Part shown: piece after piece, positions 8,459-16,359 of the stretch
Position numbering within the stretch: the first letter of the stretch is position 1
Layout: each line of letters begins with the position of its first letter
Source: Okeania sp.
GTDB lineage: Bacteria > Cyanobacteriota > Cyanobacteriia > Cyanobacteriales > Microcoleaceae
Assembly: GCF_035285525.1 (NCBI RefSeq)
Contig: NZ_JAYKGW010000234.1
Span: forward strand, 1 to 23,824
DNA length: 23,824 nt
Direction: 5' to 3'
Notes under the pieces: generated by a model
Told to the model about the DNA's origin: nothing
Seen by the model: the letters and a program-made list of their open reading frames with translations, nothing else
Database searches by the model: none
Position numbers and translations under genes: made by a program

Positions 8459-9349
8459 ATGAGTAAACCAATTTTTGAATTAGTAGATGAACTACCCTCT
8501 GACAATATTACAATAAGATCTTTACGCGCCCTAGACTTTGTTGTTCCTGGAGAATGGGATAATTTGGTAGGCTTTGAAAATACCATCCGTACCGTAACAG
8601 GAGAAGACGACGAAGATCTAATTCAGCAAATAGGCGATCGAGCTGTAATTCTTTTCAATGATAAAGCTCAAGGATATCAACGGGCTCTGTGGCTCTATCA
8701 AACTGTCAGTGGAGCTGGGCGTGCTTTAGGTGCAGCTTCCCTAGCTAATATGGTGGGAAATAAAGTACCTCTATTTGGAGGTTTGTTAACTAGCCTTACT
8801 CCTAAACCAGGAAAAGCCCAAACTATCGATCTATCTCTAAAAGTAGTAGCAGAATTATTGGGTTTCTGTTCTATTAATGGTATTCCAGGAGATAGTATTG
8901 GTGATTTTGTTGGTGCTTTAGGAGATTATAGTGGAGAATCTTTGATGCGGTTAGCAGCCTTAGTTTGTTTTGATGGTTTAATTCCTTTAGGACCAGACTT
9001 TTTAGGTGCGGCTGCTGACTGGATAGAAAGACTTTCTCCCTCAGACTTAGAACAAAATCAAGGCTTCCGGGAAATGGAAGATGCTATTCCAGGAGATGAT
9101 AAAGATAGTAAGTTGGGCTTTATTGGGGAAGCTTTCGGTTCTGTTTCTGGTTGGATGGGAAATTTTGTCAGTGATCGAGGTATTACACCAGAAAATGTGG
9201 CCAATAGCTTGCAAAGTTTCGTAGAATTTAGTGATGAGAAATTAGACTATTTGGGTGCATTTCTAGATGTAAGTACTAATTATTATGAACATACAGGGAT
9301 TCAAACTCTGGCTCGTCGTTTAGTAGAACGGGCTTATGCAGAAATTTAA
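8459..9349 (+). CDS. acidic soluble protein of unknown function (conserved hypothetical)
   Basis: The ORF track starts at TTG 8432. I prefer ATG 8459 (MSKPIFELVDEL...) because AAGGAG (8448-8453) lies 5 nt upstream. There is no TM segment and I see no motif I can name. Confidence 0.7.
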   Translation: MSKPIFELVDELPSDNITIRSLRALDFVVPGEWDNLVGFENTIRTVTGEDDEDLIQQIGDRAVILFNDKAQGYQRALWLYQTVSGAGRALGAASLANMVGNKVPLFGGLLTSLTPKPGKAQTIDLSLKVVAELLGFCSINGIPGDSIGDFVGALGDYSGESLMRLAALVCFDGLIPLGPDFLGAAADWIERLSPSDLEQNQGFREMEDAIPGDDKDSKLGFIGEAFGSVSGWMGNFVSDRGITPENVANSLQSFVEFSDEKLDYLGAFLDVSTNYYEHTGIQTLARRLVERAYAEI

Positions 9350-9490
9350 AAAGTTTTCAGCACTTCAGCCACCAGCGGTCAGCTTTGCGTAAAGGTGATT
9401 TAAACTAAACCGAAGGTTTTCCGCTCCGGAATGGTCTGCAAAAAGATACTATTATCTATGCACAAATTTTTAAGCTGATAGCTGATAGCT

Positions 9491-9774
9491 AGGATGTGTC
9501 ATCAATTAGACGTTAGAATCTTGATCGAAAAAAGTAGTGGACTGACAAAGCTCAAACTGTACATTACACGATTGGGGGGCGGGTTTAGCTAACTGAATGC
9601 TTGAAAAATCCTTGTACGGACTATGCAACGTCCCTACGAAGAAACCCGCCCCTACTAACCGGAGAATTTCTAGTGTGCTACCCTGTATCTGAACCTACTC
9701 TCTAGGGCGATCGCCATTTTTACTTTACAGAGAATAGCCTTTTTGTCAACCTCTTTAATTGATGACACGCCCTA
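9491..9774. mobile_element. MITE family 4 (TIR GGATGTGTCATCAATTA), TA-flanked
   Basis: TA|GGATGTGTCATCAATTA (9493-9509) pairs with TAATTGATGACACGCCC|TA (9756-9772). It carries a nested GGGGCGGGTTT palindromic element. Confidence 0.7.
9574..9655. repeat. GGGGCGGGTTT...AAACCCGCCCC palindromic element (family 3)
   Basis: GGGGCGGGTTT at 9576-9586 pairs with AAACCCGCCCC at 9642-9652. The interior is related to the GTACGGACGTTGCAT palindrome family. Confidence 0.7.
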
Positions 9775-10035
9775 GGACTTGCTGATTAAATATCAAAATG
9801 TTTACGGGCATTAGTTTCAGCCTTTGCAGGTACTAATAAGGTACTAGCTTTTAGGTAATTCCGGTACGGTTCCCAAAAAATCATGCATTCTAGGATTTTG
9901 GGCAAGATATGGGAGAAAATCAAGGGAATATTGTTCTAGCTAGCTATTGTGTGATTCTGATTCTCATACGGGTTGCTGGATTGCTGGATTCTGGCTCCTT
10001 CCCGCTACTAAAAGACTAAAGAAGTGCAAACCCTA
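9773..10035 (-). mobile_element. MITE family 1 copy F (short D-type)
   Basis: TA|GGACTTGCTGATTAA...GTGCAAACCC|TA. The reverse complement aligns along its length with copy D (e.g. GGAAGGAGCCAGAATCCAGCAATCC, CATGATTTTTTGGGAACCGTACC). It ends 23 nt before the DUF2996-like ATG. Confidence 0.8.
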
Positions 10036-10058
10036 GCTAGTTAAGTAAGGAAAAATTT

Positions 10059-10508
10059 ATGGCAGAAGAACAAGAATCTAAAAAAACTGAAAATAAACCT
10101 GCTGGAGGCAAGGTCAAAAAAGAAAAGCCCCCCGCAGTTGAAGATAAATCTTTTGCTGACTTTATGCAGCAAGATTATTTGCCCACTTTACAAAAAGCTC
10201 TCAATGAGCAAGGTGTTGATGACCTTGAGCTAAACTTAGTCAAGCAAAAACTACCTATGATTGGCTTTGGTTCCTCTGAAGAATGTTGGCAAGTCGTGGG
10301 TAAGTTTAAAAAAGGTCAGCGTCAGTTTAATGTCTATTTTCCCAAAAAGGATATTAAAGGCCCAAGAGCTTTTTCTTGTGCAGATAATGGCTCTCAACCT
10401 GCTACCTTGGAACCTTTTCTAATTGATGAGCGCAAGATTACTCTAAATTTATTGGTGTTTGGCGTGATTCAACGTCTGAATGCTCAAAAGTGGCTTAGTT
10501 TAAATTAG
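10059..10508 (+). CDS. small conserved cyanobacterial protein, DUF2996-like
   Basis: 149 aa with a Lys/Glu-rich N-terminus. The rest reads FMQQDYLPTLQKAL...CWQVVG...RQFNVYF...LEPFLIDERK...QRLNAQKWL, which matches my memory of DUF2996. This is unverified. Confidence 0.7.
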   Translation: MAEEQESKKTENKPAGGKVKKEKPPAVEDKSFADFMQQDYLPTLQKALNEQGVDDLELNLVKQKLPMIGFGSSEECWQVVGKFKKGQRQFNVYFPKKDIKGPRAFSCADNGSQPATLEPFLIDERKITLNLLVFGVIQRLNAQKWLSLN

Positions 10509-10599
10509 ATATTTATAGCAGGGAATAGGGAAGAGAGAACAGGGAACAGTGAGGAAAAAACTTCCTGCTCTTAAGTTCATGATCAATCTGTGTTACAAT

Positions 10600-10943
10600 T
10601 AGGGTTTGTTGAAAAAGTCTTTTTGTGCCTGGCAGGGAGTAGGGAGTAGGGAGTAGAGAGTAGTTAAGAATTAAGAGTGGGAGAGAGTTATAGAAGAGAT
10701 ACTAGGAAAAATTATCCCTTGCCCAACTCTGCCCAACTCTTACCCAGATACTAAATTTTTGATTTTTCGGGAACCGTCCCTTCTGAGGGGAAAATCTGGT
10801 ACTTTTTTCACCCCTTAAATTAGGATTGTAGGGAGACCAAATGTAGAAAAATCAAGGAACAATTATTCCTCTTACTTTCTCTGTCTATCTACCCTCCCGA
10901 CAAGAACCACAGGAACCACACTCTGCTTTTTTAGCAAATCCTA
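10600..10943 (+). mobile_element. MITE family 1 copy A
   Basis: TA|GGGTTTGTTGAAAAAGTCT...AGGGAGT x4...TTTTTGATTTTTCGGGAACCGT...AGCAAATCC|TA. Confidence 0.8.
10634..10661 (+). repeat. heptamer array AGGGAGT x4 (last unit AGAGAGT)
   Basis: Read directly from the sequence; lies inside MITE 1-A. Confidence 0.9.
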
Positions 10944-10945
10944 GT

Positions 10946-11335
10946 TAGGGTTTGCGCTTCTTCAGTCTTTTTGAAGGAGTAGGGGAGTAGGGGAGTAGGG
11001 GAGTAGGGGAGTAGGGGAGTAGGGGAGTAGGGGAGTAGAAAAGTAATTTTTTTTGCCCAACGATGAGCCGAAGATGGTAAATTTTTGATTTTTCAGGGAT
11101 TTATCGGGAACCGTACCATGCATTACAAGCTGAAAACCAGGTACTTTTTCCCGGCCTAAAAAGGCTAAAACTCTTATATGTCAATACTTTCATCTTTGTT
11201 GATTAATATCATGTCCGGTAGCATCGGATTTTTCGGACACCGTGCGTGTATAAAATCAAGGTGGAAATGGCATAAAAGCTTCTGCCTTCCTTCCACCAAA
11301 GTCTAATTATTCAACCGAACATGATATAAGCCCTA
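10946..11335 (+). mobile_element. MITE family 1 copy B, head-to-tail with copy A
   Basis: TA|GGGTTTGCGC...AGGGGAGT x7...TTTTTGATTTTTCAGGGATTTATCGGGAACCGTACC...ATAAGCCC|TA. The right end lies 1 nt from the hydrolase stop codon. Confidence 0.8.
10976..11038 (+). repeat. octamer array AGGGGAGT x7 (G4-N4 periodicity)
   Basis: Read directly from the sequence: seven perfect units at 10981-11036 inside MITE 1-B. Confidence 0.95.
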
Positions 11336-11336
11336 A

Positions 11337-12128
11337 TTATCCATTATCCATTAATGACTCCCATTGGTGAATAATTTCAAAAAGGTCTACGTCTGTTTCT
11401 AACAGGCAGGCATGGCCACTATGGGGAAGAATAATCATTTCAACTTTAGGCAGATACTTGACTAAAAGCTTAGCGTGTGATAAGGAAGGTAAAAGTCTAT
11501 CTGCTGCACTAGCAATAACTAATACAGGTTGTTTCAAACCTTTCAGTTGATCTTCGTTTAGTTGGAATGAGCGCATTAACTCAAATCTCCAGATAGCAGT
11601 CTTTTGAGAAACTGACTCCATAGCTTCTAATAAAGCCAGACGTTCCTCTTTTTTCATCCGACCCAAGGCTCCTAAAAAAGGTAAAGTTCCCGTTACGGAT
11701 AATTGATATAAAAAGGTTGGTAGGTATTGAGTCAAATATGAACCATATTTGACTAAAGGTTCTTGAGTAAATGAAGTAGCTGGATTAACTAAAATTAGTT
11801 TGTCCAATAATTTAGGAAAATTCAAGGCAATTTTTAGTGCTAAACATCCTCCAAAAGATTCGCCACATAAATAGATAGGTCTTTTGGGTTTTGCTTCCTG
11901 TTCAATTTTAATTAAGTTTATTGTTCTCTCTGACAAACGATCCCAGGTCGATAAATCATTTTCTGGAATACTGAGACACCGAATATCAAAAGTAGTTGAT
12001 AATTTAGAAGTCTGCGATCGCAACAATTTACCTGTACCGTCCATGCCAGGCAGGAAAATAAATAGAGGTAATTCTGGTTGAGAGGGTATTGGCCTTAGAA
12101 AGTTAATCTTACCACTTGCCACTTCCAT
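11337..12128 (-). CDS. alpha/beta-fold hydrolase
   Basis: 263 aa with the nucleophile elbow GESFGG and C-terminal SGH for the catalytic His. The N-terminal LPGMDGTG motif resembles, from memory, the hydrolase domain of plant phytyl-ester-synthase-like proteins; this is unverified. Confidence 0.85.
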   Translation of the reverse strand: MEVASGKINFLRPIPSQPELPLFIFLPGMDGTGKLLRSQTSKLSTTFDIRCLSIPENDLSTWDRLSERTINLIKIEQEAKPKRPIYLCGESFGGCLALKIALNFPKLLDKLILVNPATSFTQEPLVKYGSYLTQYLPTFLYQLSVTGTLPFLGALGRMKKEERLALLEAMESVSQKTAIWRFELMRSFQLNEDQLKGLKQPVLVIASAADRLLPSLSHAKLLVKYLPKVEMIILPHSGHACLLETDVDLFEIIHQWESLMDNG

Positions 12129-12141
12129 AATTGAAAATAAA

Positions 12142-12318
12142 TAGGATTTGTTGAAAAAGTCTGTTGGTGAAGGTAGGGAATGGGCAATAGACCTCTCCAG
12201 AAAAGACGAAGTAGGGAGTAGGGAGCAGGGAGCAGGGAAAAATAATTGATAACTTCTGCACGATAATTAATTTTAATTTTTATTATTGGAGATTTCTAAT
12301 GGGTATGGGGGCAATAGT
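12142..12318 (+). mobile_element. MITE family 1 copy C1 (left half)
   Basis: TA|GGATTTGTTGAAAAAGTCT...AGGGAG(T/C) x4...AATTGATAACTTCTG. It begins 13 nt upstream of the hydrolase start codon. Confidence 0.65.
12213..12240 (+). repeat. heptamer array AGGGAG(T/C) x4
   Basis: Read directly from the sequence; lies inside MITE 1-C1. Confidence 0.9.
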
Positions 12319-12480
12319 TAGGGTTGGCGCTCAAAAGTCTGTTTAAGGAAATGGGATGATGAGGAGTGTTTTTTTCTAATTCTTGCCTCTTGCCCAAAAT
12401 GCTAACTTTTTGATTTTTCGGGAACCGTGCATGAGTAGCTCAAACAAGCACATTTTTGTACCGCAAAAGTCTAAAGCCCT
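12319..12480 (+). mobile_element. MITE family 1 copy C2 (short)
   Basis: TA|GGGTTGGCGCTCAAAAGTCT...TTTTTGATTTTTCGGGAACCGT...AAAAGTCTAAAGCCC. Confidence 0.65.
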
Positions 12481-12598
12481 CCTTAACTAATAATATCAAA
12501 TCCTTTGGCTTTAGAGAATAAGGCTTTACCATCAGAAAAGAGGGGAAAAACCCTAGTTTGTAGAGAGTTTGGAGACCAAAACCCTACGGAGCGGTAAT

Positions 12599-12961
12599 TA
12601 GGGTTGGCGCTCAAAAGTCTTTTATTCGAGGGGAGGAGCCAGAATCGAGCAATCCTGCAATTCAGTGGAATGATAGAAGAAGTAGTCAGAATAATCTTCC
12701 TTTTATTTTCTAATCTTTTCTTGCTCAAAATCTGAGAGTGCATGATTTTTCGGGAACCGTACCATTACCACCTAAAATCTGGTACTTTTAGTACCGAAAA
12801 AGGGTAAAAATATTACTGTTTCAATACTTTTAGATTTCCATACGGAAGCAATAATTATACCAAAACTACGGGATTTGATATAACCGATAACTTAAATGAG
12901 ACCCTAAAAATACTAAAATCTTTAATATGTTAATGCTTTGCTGATTAATCAGCAAGCCCTA
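12599..12961 (+). mobile_element. MITE family 1 copy D
   Basis: TA|GGGTTGGCGCTCAAAAGTCT...ATGATTTTTCGGGAACCGTACC...TTGCTGATTAATCAGCAAGCCC|TA. Confidence 0.8.
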
Positions 12962-13028
12962 ATAAAAATTAATAATGATTGATAAATTAATACCTAATAG
13001 TTGATATAGGCTAAGACGTATTTTCAAT

Positions 13029-13240
13029 GGGTTTTAGGAAATCAGAAGTCAGAAGTAATAGGGAGAAGTAATTGATAATTTCTGTTAAATGCAGCATATT
13101 TTATACATAATGATGTACAAATTTGAAAAGTGAAAGTATTGTAAAATTTGCATCTTCCCTGCTCAATGTATACTTCATAACATTGAAAAATGTTGTAATT
13201 AACTTTATTTTTTATGATTGGAGATATGTATATTTTTCGT
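13029..13240 (+). mobile_element. MITE family 1 C1-like left-half fragment
   Basis: GGGTTTTAGGAAAT, then CAGAAGT x2, then GTAATTGATAATTTCTG...TAATTAACTTTATTTTTTATGATTGGAGAT. It parallels 12230-12300 but has about 115 extra nt in the middle. Confidence 0.4.
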
Positions 13241-13763
13241 AAGCATTCAGCTATTAGCTGTCAGCTTTCAGCAATAAGATGTCAACCTTAAAGAGGAGAT
13301 TTAAACGAATATATACTTAGAAACTTAATTTTGTAGTTCAGATAAAATTTCTGATTGATCGGGAACTGTATCATAAAGCTTTTATCAAAAACTAAAAGCA
13401 CTCTTTTGATGGCTTATAGCTGACTGCTGAATGCGAGCGCATTCCGGAGAAAATGCTGACTATTTTTTCTATAATTAAGGTTTAAATTGTATACTTTAAA
13501 TAAATAGATATTCTGTAATAATCAGAACATTAAAATACCAATAGTTAAAATTTCTTTGAGAAATTATAGAAGAACAATATAACAGTATTAATGTTACAGT
13601 AGGGGCTATTTTTATCTCAAGAGTTAATCATAATCAAATTAATTTAGATCAATAAACAAAATTAGTCAAGTCAAGTAGTAAATAAAATAGGTCGATACTA
13701 CTAGCCTTTCCCGTCATAATCACCATTACCATTTCCAACCAAAAAATTTAATTCCAATTTTCC

Positions 13764-15368
13764 ATGAAAAACAACGAAATATATATAACTAAAAATACCT
13801 TTGCTATTACAACTCCTCTTTACTACGTCAACGATTTACCACATATAGGTAGTGCTTATACCACTATTGCTGCTGATACGATATCTCGTTTTCAAAGACT
13901 ACAGGGTAAATCAGTGCTAATGATTACTGGTACAGATGAGCATGGCCAGAAAATTCAAAGAACTGCTCAAAAGAAAGGAAGAACTCCGAAAGAACACTGT
14001 GACTTAGTAGTTAAAGGATTTGAGTCTCTTTGGGAATTATTAAATATAAAGTATGACCGTTTTAGTCGTACTACTGCATCTAACCATGAACAAATTGTCA
14101 AAGAATTTTTCCAAAGAGTTTACGCTAAAGGTGACATCTACTTGAGTCAGCAACAAGGATGGTATTGCGTATCCTGTGAAGAATTTAAAGAAGAGCGCGA
14201 ACTTCTAAAGGATAAACGTTGTCCTATTCACACGAACCAGAAAGTAGAATGGCGCGATGAGCAAAACTACTTCTTTCGTCTCTCCAAGTATCAGGAGCAA
14301 CTACAAGCTTTTTATAAAGAAAAGCCAGAGTTTATTCTACCCGAAAGCCGTCGGAATGAAGTCTTAAGTTTTGTGAATCAAGGATTACAAGATTTTTCCA
14401 TCTCCAGAGTTAATGTGGATTGGGGTTTTCAATTACCTATAGACGCCAATCATACCATATATGTTTGGTTTGATGCTCTCTTGGGTTATATTACAGCTCT
14501 TTTAGATTCTGATGATGAACCTACCCTTGAGAATGCTTTATCAAAATGGTGGCCGATTAATCTGCACTTAATAGGAAAAGACATATTACGTTTCCATGCG
14601 GTTTATTGGCCAGCAATGCTAATGTCAGCAGATTTACCTCTGCCTGACCGGGTATTTGGACATGGGTTTTTGACCAAAGACGGTAAGAAGATGGGTAAAT
14701 CATTAGGTAATACTTTAGATCCTGTTGAGTTAATAGAAAAGTACGGGTCTGATGCGGTTCGTTACTATTTTCTCAAAGAAATCGAATTTGGAGTTGATGG
14801 TGATTTTAGTGAAACCCGATTTATTAATGTGTTAAATGCTGATTTAGCAAATGACTTAGGGAATTTACTAAATCGTACCCTAAAAATGGCTCATAAATAC
14901 TTTAATGGTCAAATTCCTAATATTAATGGTGAGAAAATAGAGGTTTCTCATCCACTTAAAAGAATAGGTATTAGTTTGGGGGAAGAAGTTACTCAAGCTT
15001 ATGCTTATTTAGCTTTTAGTGAAGTTTGTGAAGCTATATTGGTTTTAGTTAGAAGCTGCAATAAATATGTAGATGAAACGGCTCCGTGGAGTTTATATAA
15101 ACAGGGTAAATTAGAGACTCTAGCAGAGGTTTTATATTCTGTGTTGGAGTCGGTAAGATTAGCAGCTTATCTTTTATCTCCAATTGTTCCTAATATCAGC
15201 AATGCTATCTATCGGCAATTAGGTTTTTCCAATGATTTTAATGATAAATCAGCAATTAATAGTTCAGAAAATTTTGTTGCTCAAATAAGTTGGGGCGTTC
15301 TACCAGAAAATCAAATATTCGGAAAACCTGAACCTGTTTTTCAAAGACTAGAAATGACCAATGGATAA
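13764..15368 (+). CDS. metG: methionine--tRNA ligase (short form, no C-terminal EMAP/Trbp111 domain)
   Basis: 534 aa with the class I HIGH motif (HIGSAYT), the KMSKS motif (KMGKSLGN) and a Zn knuckle CVSCEEF...CPIH. Confidence 0.95.
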   Translation: MKNNEIYITKNTFAITTPLYYVNDLPHIGSAYTTIAADTISRFQRLQGKSVLMITGTDEHGQKIQRTAQKKGRTPKEHCDLVVKGFESLWELLNIKYDRFSRTTASNHEQIVKEFFQRVYAKGDIYLSQQQGWYCVSCEEFKEERELLKDKRCPIHTNQKVEWRDEQNYFFRLSKYQEQLQAFYKEKPEFILPESRRNEVLSFVNQGLQDFSISRVNVDWGFQLPIDANHTIYVWFDALLGYITALLDSDDEPTLENALSKWWPINLHLIGKDILRFHAVYWPAMLMSADLPLPDRVFGHGFLTKDGKKMGKSLGNTLDPVELIEKYGSDAVRYYFLKEIEFGVDGDFSETRFINVLNADLANDLGNLLNRTLKMAHKYFNGQIPNINGEKIEVSHPLKRIGISLGEEVTQAYAYLAFSEVCEAILVLVRSCNKYVDETAPWSLYKQGKLETLAEVLYSVLESVRLAAYLLSPIVPNISNAIYRQLGFSNDFNDKSAINSSENFVAQISWGVLPENQIFGKPEPVFQRLEMTNG

Positions 15369-15620
15369 TGGATAATTAACAATTAATAATTAATTCCCAA
15401 AAGATTAAAGTCTTTCCTTTTAAGGAGAAAAAGAAATCAGATTTCGGCCTGGGTTCAACTATCTTGCTTTCAACCAGAGGTAATGATCTATTAATGATAG
15501 AAACTGTTACTTAAAAAGCATAGAACTACTATTTTTTTCAAATTAAATACTTTCTTTTTTTTCTGAAAAACTATTTTGAATTAAATTTCTTTATTTAATA
15601 AAAAACTGAGGTTAAAAACC

Positions 15621-16235
15621 ATGTTGAATCATCAACAAATACAAATAGAGTGTCATGAAATATTTACACCAGAACAAGTTCTAGAAAATCGTGGAAAAGT
15701 AGCTATTTTTATTGATGGCTCGAATTTATTTTATGCTGCTTTGCAGTTAGGAATAGAGATAGATTATACAAAACTTCTTTCCCGTCTTACAGGAGGTTCT
15801 CGTCTCCTACGTTCTTTTTTCTACACTGGAGTAGATCGTACTAATGAAAAACAACAAGGTTTTTTATTATGGATGCGTCGTAATGGTTATCGAGTCATTT
15901 CTAAAGATTTAGTACAATTACCAGATGGTTCTAAAAAAGCTAATCTAGATGTAGAAATTGCTGTTGATATGATGGCTTTAGTTGGCTCTTATGATACTGC
16001 TATATTAGTTAGTGGAGATGGAGATTTAGCTTATGCTGTAGATGCTGTTAGTTATCGAGGTGTTAGGGTTGAAGTTGTTAGTTTGAGGGCTATGACTAGC
16101 GATAGTTTGATTAATGTTTCTGACCGTTATATAGACTTGGAACAAATTAAGGAAGATATTCAAAAAACTTCTAAATCTCCTTGTTATACTTATCGTCCTC
16201 TATCAGCTATCGGCTTAATGGATGAACATGATTAA
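15621..16235 (+). CDS. NYN-domain (LabA/DUF88-like) putative RNase
   Basis: 204 aa. AIFIDGSNLFYA...ANLDVEIAVDMM...ILVSGDGDLAYAV is the acidic-residue pattern of LabA-like NYN/PIN-fold domains. Confidence 0.85.
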   Translation: MLNHQQIQIECHEIFTPEQVLENRGKVAIFIDGSNLFYAALQLGIEIDYTKLLSRLTGGSRLLRSFFYTGVDRTNEKQQGFLLWMRRNGYRVISKDLVQLPDGSKKANLDVEIAVDMMALVGSYDTAILVSGDGDLAYAVDAVSYRGVRVEVVSLRAMTSDSLINVSDRYIDLEQIKEDIQKTSKSPCYTYRPLSAIGLMDEHD

Positions 16236-16359
16236 GGGTCATTTGAGTTATCAGTTAGCCTCCTGGGTCGGAGCTGCGCTAACAGTTATCAGTTGAGAGT
16301 AGAGAGTGAACCTCCGGCTTTAGTCGGAGGCTTGAAATACTGAGTTAAGTGTTTTTTGA

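Noticed and set aside
10976-11038. Tandem arrays and the regularly spaced GCGTAAGTCCTG copies (6601, 6690; 19260, 19465) as a CRISPR array
   Set aside because: The tandem units are only 7-8 nt with no spacers. The 12-nt repeats are MITE terminal inverted repeats with only two copies per locus. No cas genes are present.
11884-12081. 65-aa ORF on the plus strand
   Set aside because: It is antisense, inside the alpha/beta hydrolase gene.
12483-12743. 86-aa ORF on the minus strand
   Set aside because: It spans the junction of family 5 and MITE family 1 repeats, and the same sequence recurs non-codingly elsewhere in the window.
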